A DNA stretch of 64,000 nucleotides from an uncultured bacterium (GCA_943788175.1 CALSPG010000001.1:96001-160000), one strand, 5' to 3'. Positions 11,601-20,831 are shown, counted from the first letter of the stretch. Notes: generated by a model from the sequence alone, not told the origin. Numbers and translations: made by a program.

Positions 11601-11695
11601 ATAAATATGGTGATTTGGTTTCAAGTGGAGTTTATTATTACACATTTACACTGCAAGAGAAGATTGTAAAAGGTAAACTGACTTATTTAAAGTAA
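8678..11695 (+). CDS. Secreted repeat (probable beta-propeller) protein with a T9SS type-A/FlgD-Ig C-terminal domain
   Basis: Signal peptide. Many W.D.R...DI(Y/F).Q..(D/N)..G repeats. C-terminal YPNPFN...VYDITG...WDGKN..G..VSSGVY...KLTYLK. Confidence 0.8.
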   Translation: MKIRVLLFFLTIFSLRAEQFTFDNASPIRQGVHVEWYRTVVPSLNGSAIFVWSDTRFGMRNVFAHKIDKNGNLLWGEAGTVVTNLPGRQEDPVSIEDGNGGAFIAWVDYRFDDAGDIFIQHVNNDGSILMDPNGVALAQFQGQQISINMCTDSLGGVFVTWQDKRGGVDDDIYGTHVDSNYNIIEPGIGVPIVVQGGTQSAKSIEYAGNNEAFICWSDSRQGENIDIYGQRLDMTMSPLFQEDGIPIASTSGLETRPRTTFVNNTTSIVTWKFGDENGRILFQFVDQNGLVFTNSKPVSEYDAIQTGPRLKRGSQGDVFLSWKDLRFDPVDGDIFMQKINEDGDVEWGDGIQVDLTDGVNFSGRFSANNVGGFDIFWEKGVFPNVDILFQSFNSNGQPQSDMPIIVTSDEGYQFAPNIISGSSDSVFVVYADQGNGSIDLKVNYYKGVNSLFETGGLLAVKGLDGDIKYNVGYPIDDEKIVLVWEDNRASKKIYANVISAGELSHLNGKQLSFSDNSSTEIDLSSPFMINASNYVYTATFDATGTPKKIRINKLNANLENVWDQSGVSLNPENDQRNAHLVDLGMQGVGVFWSESRSFLSGFDIFFQSLNNNGESQLNAGGIAVAESNGDDYIQSILPTPDGNFLIFWVEEVWPASRLKYTKVDAGGSTSIGWPPNGYSLSNQTIGANNLSVKSISETSGVLAVWNQEGNFSDIYAQKINWNGQTEWDDNGVAISIEDNDQSAISFDIDQPGQTAFIVWEDYRNGTDYNVVGRELNLVSGAMNQIDVFFTSDTTNQQKPLVKSVAAGEYIIVWEDGRGYYNDDPLLINGVDLYGSAYVVGSGRTTGIDGIPISVEYHGQKNPRITKYSGEDYLLHWIDLRSSGKEDLANYYAKIIRRTGILSSKNEEFDINIPNSFEIQSVYPNPFNGKVKFDFTIDTPQLVTFNVYDITGKMIVDELIIGGARGYHQISWDGKNKYGDLVSSGVYYYTFTLQEKIVKGKLTYLK

Positions 11696-11725
11696 GTTAT
11701 TAAGTAAATTGTATTTATTGCTATT

Positions 11726-14053
11726 ATGAATGTATTTAAGAGTATAATTCTGTACATATTTTTATGGGGATTTGTTTCTTCGCAGTCCCTAGATGAAAGA
11801 TATCACTCTTATCCTGAAATTTTATCATTAATTGATTCATTGTCGAACGTCGAAGAATACCAAAGCATACTTTTAGTTGATACTATTGGATATTCTTCTT
11901 TAGAAAATATTCCAATTGTTGCTGTTAAAATATCAGATAATGTTAACATTAAAGAAGATGAGCCTAGAGTATTGTTTGTCGGTCAGGTTCATGCTGAAGA
12001 AGTATTAGGAATTGAAGTAATCCTAAGTTTAATGAATGATCTTTTGGACCCAAGACCTGAAGAATATAATCACATGAATATTTTAAAATCCTATTTAGAA
12101 GTTTGGTTGATTCCATCTGCAAATCCGGATGGTCTTGGAGTGGTGCATGAAGGTCTTGATTTAACATTTAGAAAAAATAAGACTGATTTTTCCCCAGGAG
12201 GTCTTGACCCTAATGGTATATTCGATTTTGAACCATCGATTGGTAATGATGTAGATGGTGTCGATTTGAATAGAAATTTTGGATTTAATTGGACATTTGG
12301 TGATACTTTTTTAGTTTTTGACGAGACAGATTATGGTTCTCATTATGATTATTATCGAGGGCCTGCACCATTTTCTGAGAGCGAGGCAGTCGCAATTCGT
12401 GACTTAGCACTTCAGCATGATTTTGTTTTTTCAATTGTATGGCATAGTTCTAGGTCAGGTAGATTATCTGAGAAGGTTTTTACATCCTGGAATTGGGAGG
12501 GTGCTAAGCCTTCACCAGATCTAGATTTGATGAAAGGAGTTGCAGACACGTTCTCTGGTTTGATGGAGAAAGAGGATGGTACGGGTAGTTATCTATCAGT
12601 CTTAAGTGGATCAAGGAATGGTAAACTCCATGATTGGTTTTATAGAGAAACCGGTTGTATTCAGTATTTAGTGGAGTGTGGAACTTCAAACCTACAGCCA
12701 GATAGCTTATTAATTGAAAGTACAGTTAGTAGAACGAAACCTGCGATGATTTATCTAATGGATAGAACCATTGGTTACAATACGGATGCTGGGCAAGCTA
12801 CTGGTATCATTTATGATGCAAATACAAATGCCCCTATTCATGGGGTAGAAATTAAAATCGAAGAACACTCAGGTTCTGTATTAAAACCGAGGTTAACAAA
12901 TGAATTTGGGCGTTACAGACGTATTTTAGATGCAGGAACGTATCATCTAAATATCTCAAAAAAAGGATATCTTCCTATTCGGCAATCAATTACAACAAAT
13001 AACAGTGGCATCACTGAAGCAGATTTTTCCCTAATCCAGGCGCCTTTACATTCAGTAAGAATAGATTTAGATAATGGACTGACTGGGAATCTACCATACG
13101 AAGTAAAGTGTCTTGTAATTAGTGAGAACGATACAGATACTCTATTGTTAGATGATTCATACCTTGACTTAATATTGCCTGAGGGTCTTTATAAATTGGT
13201 TATTAATCCATCTATTGGGACACCTTGGGAAAAGAAGTTGTATATTGATCAGAATTATAATTTTGTTGTACCAATGGGTACTGCAACTAGTTATGATCTT
13301 AGCCAGAATTGGAATGAGTGGTCAGCCGATCAAGATAGTTGGCACATCGTAAATAATAATTTATTATCACAGTCAAATATCTATTATGACAATAACGATT
13401 CGCTTCAAATATTACAAAAAATAAGTTCTCCACTTTATGATATCTCTGGAAAAAATAGAGTTACATTTAAAATAGTTCACCAATATGAGACAGAATGGGA
13501 TCATGATTCAGTAGGTGTTTCAATTTATGATGCTAACGAAACTTTATTATATAGAGATGGTTGGAGTGGCCATAAGTGGGGTAATTATGTTTCTAATTAC
13601 TTTAGTATTACTAATAATCAAGGGTATTATGACTCATTGAGATTGGTGTTATGGTTTAAAACTGACCAAACAGTTAATTATCGTGGATGGGATATAATTA
13701 GTTTCACAATGTATGCATTGGATGATGCATTTTTGTCAGTTGAAGAAATTTCATCTAATACTCTGCCTCAGATTAATTTTAATTTTCAAGGTGTTTTCCC
13801 CAACCCCTCGTTTGGGAAAATGAGTTTAGATGTCCGATCTTGGCAAGGTGGTTCTGCGAAGGTAAAAGTGTATAATATATTAGGTCAACAATTGTATGAA
13901 AGAAAAACTGAGGTTTTAAGAAAAGGTAGTTTCTTTCTTAATTTAGACTTTAGAGATTTTAACTATGCTCCAGTAAGTTCTGGAATGTTCTTTGTTGAAA
14001 TTGAATCAAATAATCAGAAAGTAATTCGAAAATGCATCATATTAAAAAATTAG
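11726..14053 (+). CDS. Secreted M14 zinc carboxypeptidase with a carboxypeptidase regulatory domain and a T9SS-like CTD
   Basis: HAEE (HxxE), NPDG, RKN, GVDLNRNF, PFSESE, VWHS and VECG motifs. C-terminal FPNP...VYNILGQ...SSGMFF. Confidence 0.88.
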   Translation: MNVFKSIILYIFLWGFVSSQSLDERYHSYPEILSLIDSLSNVEEYQSILLVDTIGYSSLENIPIVAVKISDNVNIKEDEPRVLFVGQVHAEEVLGIEVILSLMNDLLDPRPEEYNHMNILKSYLEVWLIPSANPDGLGVVHEGLDLTFRKNKTDFSPGGLDPNGIFDFEPSIGNDVDGVDLNRNFGFNWTFGDTFLVFDETDYGSHYDYYRGPAPFSESEAVAIRDLALQHDFVFSIVWHSSRSGRLSEKVFTSWNWEGAKPSPDLDLMKGVADTFSGLMEKEDGTGSYLSVLSGSRNGKLHDWFYRETGCIQYLVECGTSNLQPDSLLIESTVSRTKPAMIYLMDRTIGYNTDAGQATGIIYDANTNAPIHGVEIKIEEHSGSVLKPRLTNEFGRYRRILDAGTYHLNISKKGYLPIRQSITTNNSGITEADFSLIQAPLHSVRIDLDNGLTGNLPYEVKCLVISENDTDTLLLDDSYLDLILPEGLYKLVINPSIGTPWEKKLYIDQNYNFVVPMGTATSYDLSQNWNEWSADQDSWHIVNNNLLSQSNIYYDNNDSLQILQKISSPLYDISGKNRVTFKIVHQYETEWDHDSVGVSIYDANETLLYRDGWSGHKWGNYVSNYFSITNNQGYYDSLRLVLWFKTDQTVNYRGWDIISFTMYALDDAFLSVEEISSNTLPQINFNFQGVFPNPSFGKMSLDVRSWQGGSAKVKVYNILGQQLYERKTEVLRKGSFFLNLDFRDFNYAPVSSGMFFVEIESNNQKVIRKCIILKN

Positions 14054-17000
14054 TCTTTTTTATTTTCTTTATAAGCCTTTCATTATCAGGCGATAGGCAC
14101 TTTAGAGGTATGAATAAAAATGAAGTCCTACGATCAAAAATCCCAATTAGTTTTAGACATCAAGTAATGCAGGGATATGATGTCTTACCTCAACAACTTT
14201 CTGTAAATAGAGGATCATATTTGATAATTGCTAGAGAAGGGTTAGTGCAACAAGGATACGTTGAAGTTTTCGCAGAGTTTAAAAAAACACAAGGTTTTAA
14301 TGTTTATATTGTTTCCCTCTCAGATTCTGAATTAGATGTAAATAGTGTCCAAAATCATATTACGGAGCACTTTACAGCAGACCCAATGCTTGAATATGTT
14401 CTGCTTATTGGAGATGTTGATGGTTTCGCAGAAATACCGTCATATTACTACGGACCAGAAAATGATGTAACAGATCAAAAATACACCCATATTTTAGGAG
14501 ACGATTACATCCCAGACTTGTTTATTGGAAGAATTTCTATAGACTCGGCTTATGAATTAGCTGTGATAATGTTAAAAACAATTGCCTATGCTAGAGAGCC
14601 TCTTGCTTATGACCAAAATTGGCTTGATCGAGCACTTGTAGTAGCTGGCAACTATGCTAATTCTCCTCCAATTCCGATAACTCCCAAGTGGACATCTTCT
14701 TGGCTTCGAGATGAGTTATTGAACTTAGGATATAACTCAGTGGATACAGTTTTCTATCCTCCTATTCAGCAAGGTGCTCCTTATATTACAGAAATAATCA
14801 ATAATGGTGTAGGTTTAGTTAATTATAGGGGCTGGGGAGATGCAAATGGCTGGCATTATCCAGAATTTCATGCTGATGATGTAAATGGCTTAAATAATGG
14901 TTGGTTAACACCTGTTTTTATGAGTTACGTTTGCAACTCAAATGATTTTGCTAATAGTGTAGACCCGTGTTTTGCTGAAGCTATATTAAGGGGAGGTACT
15001 ACAAGTAATCCAAAAGGTGGTGTCGCTTTTATAGGTCCATCCGATTTACACACTAGTACTAAATATAATAATGTAATAAATGCTTCAATGTATGATGCGA
15101 TGATTAATTATGATGTTCTCGAGTTGGGCCCTGCTTTGATGGCTGGGCAGTTTGGGCTTGTTAAAGAATTTCCAAACCAGGACGAACCGGGAGAAGCTCA
15201 AGAATTTTATTTTCACGTTTATAATATTTTAGGTGATCCTTCGCTCCAAGTTTACTTAGATACTCCTGATACTTTTCTTATCGAGGCAGATGAAGTTTCG
15301 TTCAAAGACGGTTACTTAAACGTTAAGGTTACATCATCAGACGGTACACCAGTTAAAGAAACTGTTATAGCTGTTATAAAAGATGGCCAGATTTTATCTA
15401 AAGGGATTACTTCAGATAGTGGATATTATATTGATAATATAAATATAGATAACCAAAGTAATATTGATATTTATGCAAATAAAGCTGGCTTCATTCAGGG
15501 GCATATCTCTAAATCAATAAATAATGAAAATAGTTCAGGTTTAAGAATAAAAAAAATATACTCATCTAATGAACTTGAATCTGGTATTAATTCTTTTGGA
15601 AGTGTAATTGATTTAAATATTCAATTTTTAAATTCTTCTTTTAACACTTTTGAAAGTAGTGATGCTGTAATTAATTTTTCTCAAGGGTTAACACCGTCGA
15701 GTTCTTCTTTTTCATTACCTAGAATATCAAGTGGTGATTCGGCTATTGTCTCCGTAAGTAGTTTGCAGATTCATGGTAGCGGCAGCGAGTATTACATAGA
15801 TGGCACTATCCTAAATCAAAATGGGGATGAATTATTTAATATTGGATTGAAAATCGAACCTGTAAATATTTTAGCTTCTATTGTTAATCAAGATGTATCT
15901 GTTTTATCTGAATTTAGTCCTCAAATTGAAATAAATAATTACTCTGCATCAAAGTATGAAGATGTAAAAATAATACTTCAAACTTTATCGGAAGGTTCTG
16001 AAATTATAAATAATGGCAACGTGAGTTTGAGTCATAATGTTGAGCCCTTTTCTAGCGAAGTGTTTCAAACAGATTACAGTGTTAATGTTGGAAACATATC
16101 TTCTGGAAGTACAGTGACAATTTTGCTTCAATTAAAAAAATTAGATTCAACTTTTTTTAGTCAAAAGTTAGAGTTTGAAATTGCTTCTGAATTTCAAAAT
16201 TTCCCTGTTTCTCCTAACGATTACGGTTATTGGGCATATGACAATACAGATACTGAATATGAACAAAAGCCCTCTTTTGATTGGATCGAACTAGACCCTT
16301 CCTTTGGTGGCGATGGCGCAACTGAATATTTATTGGATGATGATGATCACGTTGATGTTCAACTTCCTTTTCAAGTTAAATATCATGGTGAATACTATAA
16401 TGAATTGACGATTAATTCAAATGGTTGGGCATCTTTGGTTCCATGTGATATTGATTATTTTTGGAACATGTCTATCCCCTCATTTATGAGCCCTAAAGCG
16501 ATGCTAGCTCCATTTTGGGATGATCTTGAGGTTGTAGGTGAAGATTGGATTAGAGTGTACACAAAGCATGATGCTCTTCAAGGGAAGTTTATCATTGAAT
16601 GGTCAAGGGCTTTAAATGGTTATGATGAATTAACAAAAGAAACTTTTGAAATCATTATTTATGATACAAATTCAATGTCAACAGCATCGGGTGACAATGT
16701 GATTGAGTTTCAATATTTAGAAATAGATGATGTAGATGTTACCAAAAATTATTCTACGGTCGGTATACAATCCCCTCAAAACAATGATGGTTTGTCTATG
16801 GTTTTTAACAATAATTATACTCCAGGCGCAACGAGCTTAGTTGATAGTACTGTTATCAGGTTCACAACTGACGCACCAGATTCATACATATCACCATTAG
16901 GTGTAGATGAAAAGATTTTGATTCCTGAAAACTTTATTATCGGTAAGTTATATCCGAATCCATTCAATCCTAGAGTAAATATTGATTTAAAAGTAGTGGA

Positions 17001-17205
17001 AAACGGTAAAGTTACTATATCTGTTTTTGATATGAGGGGAAGAGTTGTTGATGAGATTCATTCAGGGATATTAGTTTCTGGAAATCATCATTTTTCATGG
17101 GATGGAAAAACATACAACAATCAACTGGCTAGTTCAGGTGCCTATTTTTTGGTTGTCTCAAATGGAACAAACAAGCAATTCAAAAAAATGTTGCTTTTAA
17201 AATAA
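14032..17205 (+). CDS. Second gingipain-like peptidase C25 family protein, with a NIDO-like domain and a T9SS type-A/FlgD-Ig CTD
   Basis: YVLLIGDVD, TDQKY, PDLFIGRIS, YVCNSNDF and YNILGDPSL motifs. C-terminal YPNPFN...WDGK...ASSGAY...KMLLLK. Confidence 0.88.
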   Translation: MHHIKKLVFFIFFISLSLSGDRHFRGMNKNEVLRSKIPISFRHQVMQGYDVLPQQLSVNRGSYLIIAREGLVQQGYVEVFAEFKKTQGFNVYIVSLSDSELDVNSVQNHITEHFTADPMLEYVLLIGDVDGFAEIPSYYYGPENDVTDQKYTHILGDDYIPDLFIGRISIDSAYELAVIMLKTIAYAREPLAYDQNWLDRALVVAGNYANSPPIPITPKWTSSWLRDELLNLGYNSVDTVFYPPIQQGAPYITEIINNGVGLVNYRGWGDANGWHYPEFHADDVNGLNNGWLTPVFMSYVCNSNDFANSVDPCFAEAILRGGTTSNPKGGVAFIGPSDLHTSTKYNNVINASMYDAMINYDVLELGPALMAGQFGLVKEFPNQDEPGEAQEFYFHVYNILGDPSLQVYLDTPDTFLIEADEVSFKDGYLNVKVTSSDGTPVKETVIAVIKDGQILSKGITSDSGYYIDNINIDNQSNIDIYANKAGFIQGHISKSINNENSSGLRIKKIYSSNELESGINSFGSVIDLNIQFLNSSFNTFESSDAVINFSQGLTPSSSSFSLPRISSGDSAIVSVSSLQIHGSGSEYYIDGTILNQNGDELFNIGLKIEPVNILASIVNQDVSVLSEFSPQIEINNYSASKYEDVKIILQTLSEGSEIINNGNVSLSHNVEPFSSEVFQTDYSVNVGNISSGSTVTILLQLKKLDSTFFSQKLEFEIASEFQNFPVSPNDYGYWAYDNTDTEYEQKPSFDWIELDPSFGGDGATEYLLDDDDHVDVQLPFQVKYHGEYYNELTINSNGWASLVPCDIDYFWNMSIPSFMSPKAMLAPFWDDLEVVGEDWIRVYTKHDALQGKFIIEWSRALNGYDELTKETFEIIIYDTNSMSTASGDNVIEFQYLEIDDVDVTKNYSTVGIQSPQNNDGLSMVFNNNYTPGATSLVDSTVIRFTTDAPDSYISPLGVDEKILIPENFIIGKLYPNPFNPRVNIDLKVVENGKVTISVFDMRGRVVDEIHSGILVSGNHHFSWDGKTYNNQLASSGAYFLVVSNGTNKQFKKMLLLK

Positions 17206-17215
17206 GAAATTAATC

Positions 17216-17470
17216 ATGATAAATAATAGCTCTGCAATTACAATATATTCAACTTCTTGGTGCGGTCCTTGCGCAAGTGCGAAAAGACTACTTAAAGAAA
17301 AGGGGTTTTCCTTTGATGAAGTAGATATTGAAGAAAAAGGAATGACGCGTGAGGATCTTTATGAAAAAACTGGCGGGCGTACAGTTCCTCAAATAGTTGT
17401 TGATGGAAAAACAATCGGTGGTTACGATAACTTATTAGAGTTAGAATCAGATGGAATGTTGATAGTTTGA
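17216..17470 (+). CDS. Glutaredoxin (GrxC-like)
   Basis: WCGPC, TVPQI and IGGYD motifs; 84 aa. Confidence 0.9.
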   Translation: MINNSSAITIYSTSWCGPCASAKRLLKEKGFSFDEVDIEEKGMTREDLYEKTGGRTVPQIVVDGKTIGGYDNLLELESDGMLIV

Positions 17471-18404
17471 TAGCTGATTATTTAAATAGGCTAAGGGTTT
17501 CAATCATTTTTGGAACCCTTTTTTTATGCCTAAGTTGTGTTAGTCAAGCTCCAACCGTATGGTTTTTGAGAGATTTGCAGTCGCTTGACGCCAATATAAT
17601 GAATACAGTCCAGTGGTTAAAGATTGAAAAAAGCAATTTTAAATTTTTGAATAAATCTATTAAGAAGAAGTTAAATCTTTTTAGAAAAACTAATTTTTTA
17701 GTATTTCAAAAAATTGAAATAGAAATCAATAGTATTGAAAAAAATATAAAAAATATTGAGGCAAACCTCACAAAGCAAAAAAAATTGGCTAGACGAATAA
17801 AAAAAAGACCAAAACTAAAAATATTTGAGGCCTATGATAACAAAGAGACTAAAAGGCTTCCATTTCTTGGAAAAGAAAAGGAAACTGGTTTAAAGAATAG
17901 TAAATCAAAAACGGTTTTAAAAATTTTAGAGTCTTTGGCAAAAAACAGTTCTTTAATCATTGTAAATCAAGCGGCTTATAATAGCTCCTTAAATAACCTA
18001 ATTAAGTTTTTTAAGAAAGAAAAATACGACCTTGTTTTTATAAGGAAAGAAATAGAAGAATATAAATACACTATCAAAGAGTTAACTATTCAGCGAAAAC
18101 AACAAAATATTCTTTTGGAGAAATTAATTTTCAAGCTAAATGATGCTCTTCTTGTTAGTAAAAAATCTTCTTATACTTTAAACCTTTTAGATATAAGTCA
18201 AAATATTCAAAACTATAATAATAAGATGGATAAATTTGAATATTTTGTTAATAACTTAGTTGATATTGGTGGTAAAGAGTGCCGCGGGTTAGTTTATTTA
18301 AAAAAAATGGCCATAAAAAAGAATATCAAAAAAAATATGAGATGGGTCTCATTGACTATAAAACTACCTTGAGTGAAATACCAAAGTTAATTTCATCAAT
18401 TTAG
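17467..18404 (+). CDS. Basic coiled-coil hypothetical protein, possibly a lipoprotein; probable indel in the A-run at 18300-18307
   Basis: Lipobox-like LCLSC and a helical Lys-rich sequence. One added A extends the frame (NGHKKEYQKKYEMG...LISSI) to a TAG at 18402-18404, which abuts the convergent gene's stop. Confidence 0.55.
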
Positions 18405-20105
18405 TTAGTTAAGCACAGTAACCTTTTTCACTTGTCTTTTTTTTTCACCTTTAATTTCTATAAAATAAATTCCGCTTGATACTTTCTTGCCGTGCCTATT
18501 TTTTAAATTCCATTCAAATGATTTTTCTTCAGACTCTAATAGTAATAGACTCTTATTTAGGATTGTTTGTCCGAGAATATTATAAATATTGATTTTGACA
18601 TTTTGAGTAACTGATGAAATTAGTTTCGTTGTAAATTTATCATTTTGGCTTATATAAGGATTTGGGTAATCATTATTAACATTAAAATCTTCAGTTTTTC
18701 CTGGGCCAATAGATAAGCTATAAGACCAACTGTTCTGATTTTGACTCTGAGTATTTATTAATAAACTTGCCCATTCTAACTTTGTTCCAGGATCAATATT
18801 TAAATCATTTCCCATTTTAATAGTCCAGTTTTCTCCATTTTGGTATTTCAAGATAACAGCGCTGAAAATATCTTCCTCAAACCCGTTGTCTACGTCAATC
18901 TTGATTTTTGCAGGTGCAAGTAAATCAATTTTAAAATAGTTAGCAGCGTTTTTACTGATCGCGTTTTGCGTATAATTGACAGTGTTATTTTCAAAGCTAA
19001 GTTGAGCAATTTCTAGTGGTCCAGTTACTGGGTAGGTATTAGCTTCTTCATATGTAAATGGGAAAGCATTTGGATGGCTTGACATTATTCGATTCGCTAT
19101 CCTCATATTATTTATAGCGCTATTAAAACTAGATCCAACTTCTTCAAGAGCTGAATTTATTGATACAAAACTAATATCATTTACTGAGTTAGCAGCATAG
19201 CGAGAATTCTCCCATATGTTTTTTATTAAATCAGGTCCTCCTAGGTGCTCTTCTAAATATTGAAAAAAAATAAAAGAGCCATACATATGAGTGGATTCAT
19301 CATCTATTGTTTTACTTGAATTTTGAAACCAAGAAGGCATATATCTATAATGGTCATTAATATCATCGTATATTTTGTCTTCTGACCATACGGCTGTTGC
19401 TTCCATTAGCCAAAACCGCTCGTAGCAGTTATAAGAAAATTGAATGGCATGGAAAAATTCATGAGCAGCAGTTACTTTAATATTGTCAATTTCGCTTAAG
19501 TTCTGGAAACTTGAGCCATTATAATTATTCCGCATTTTTATATAGCTCCCACAACTAGTGTTAGATTCATTTATAAAAGAGGTCGTGTATGTTAGTGCAA
19601 AATAATTTGGAGGTAAGTTATTAATGAAAATATTATATTTCTCAATATTTGAGTTTTGGTTATTGTTAAATATTAAATCATAGTTTAAAGAATCTTTAAA
19701 ATATGAATGAACATATTCGAAAATCGCACCCATATTTTCTGCGTAATCTGGGACACTATTACTATCTAAATCTTCTTCATCAATAGCATTGATACTTGAT
19801 GCATCTAAATCATAATGAATGTTAAAATGTTCAGTTTCATAAATAGACTCCATCACATGTGGTGTTAATACTTTTAATTCATTATTGACGACTTTTATAT
19901 TTAAATCTTTTAACAAGTTTTCTTCTCTATCTGATATTGGCAGAGAGTTATTTCTTAATATGTTGTTGATGTGATGTGAAGCATGTATGTATTCTTTATC
20001 GATATTAATTAAGGCTTCCCAAGAATCCTTTATAGCCTTTTGCCTGCAAAAACATATGTTAAGGGATAAGATAATCCAGAAGAATCTTAGTTTAGAGTTT
20101 TTCAT
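18405..20105 (-). CDS. Secreted zinc metalloprotease (MXAN_6640-like) with a T9SS-like CTD
   Basis: TEHFNIHY, VTAAHEFFHAIQF and WLMEATAVWSED motifs. C-terminal YPNPY...IYNILGQ...VSSGIY. Confidence 0.82.
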   Translation of the reverse strand: MKNSKLRFFWIILSLNICFCRQKAIKDSWEALINIDKEYIHASHHINNILRNNSLPISDREENLLKDLNIKVVNNELKVLTPHVMESIYETEHFNIHYDLDASSINAIDEEDLDSNSVPDYAENMGAIFEYVHSYFKDSLNYDLIFNNNQNSNIEKYNIFINNLPPNYFALTYTTSFINESNTSCGSYIKMRNNYNGSSFQNLSEIDNIKVTAAHEFFHAIQFSYNCYERFWLMEATAVWSEDKIYDDINDHYRYMPSWFQNSSKTIDDESTHMYGSFIFFQYLEEHLGGPDLIKNIWENSRYAANSVNDISFVSINSALEEVGSSFNSAINNMRIANRIMSSHPNAFPFTYEEANTYPVTGPLEIAQLSFENNTVNYTQNAISKNAANYFKIDLLAPAKIKIDVDNGFEEDIFSAVILKYQNGENWTIKMGNDLNIDPGTKLEWASLLINTQSQNQNSWSYSLSIGPGKTEDFNVNNDYPNPYISQNDKFTTKLISSVTQNVKINIYNILGQTILNKSLLLLESEEKSFEWNLKNRHGKKVSSGIYFIEIKGEKKRQVKKVTVLN

Positions 20106-20201
20106 CTTCCTGAAAAATATCTTTGTTTTTTATCCGAATGAAAAGACCCATCAGAATAATTACTATTGCCCAAATTAAAGAAAAATAGATTAAATAAGAG
20201 T

Positions 20202-20831
20202 TCAATTATTTGTCCAAGATTTATTTATAAAATATGACAATATAAGAGTTATAATTCCCGCCTCGACATTAATTTTCGTATCTTTGTCATTAATCAATGA
20301 TGCTATAGAATACCCACTAGCTAAAATAAATAGCCAAGATTTAGATCGTGCAAATAGATTGTCAAACTCTCTCACTTTATTCGTTTTAGTATTCGCAAGA
20401 ATAACTGAGTTGAAATTGTCAAGAGAGTAATGGAGGTGAGCATTTAACAAGTTTTTTTGATTTCGGTTATAAAATTCGAATGAATCTACTCGTTTTTTTA
20501 ATCTTAATCCGATTTGGGTACTGTTACTGCTTATAATTGGTTGAAAATCAAGTATTGGTAAGTTGAAAGTTGTCTCCTGCTCAAGTTTGAGTGTGTCGGA
20601 TAAAATGTTATGTAGAGTAAAATAGAACCATTGATTATCTGATTGCCAAGCGTATACTGAATCAGATGATATAGGCTCTATAAATTTAAACTCTACAATT
20701 ATGCCATTTTCTTTTTCTTCAAATTCTATATTAGTTAAGACATTACTACAAAAACTACTATCATATGCAAATATCAAAACTATCAAACATAATTGAATTA
20801 TTTTAAGATGTTTTTGAATCAACCTCTTCAT
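20202..20831 (-). CDS. Hypothetical envelope protein (AMIN-like N-terminal part, C-terminal TM segments)
   Basis: The likely ATG is at 20831 (MKRLIQK, followed by a hydrophobic stretch); hydrophobic C-terminus. Confidence 0.5.
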   Translation of the reverse strand: MKRLIQKHLKIIQLCLIVLIFAYDSSFCSNVLTNIEFEEKENGIIVEFKFIEPISSDSVYAWQSDNQWFYFTLHNILSDTLKLEQETTFNLPILDFQPIISSNSTQIGLRLKKRVDSFEFYNRNQKNLLNAHLHYSLDNFNSVILANTKTNKVREFDNLFARSKSWLFILASGYSIASLINDKDTKINVEAGIITLILSYFINKSWTNN

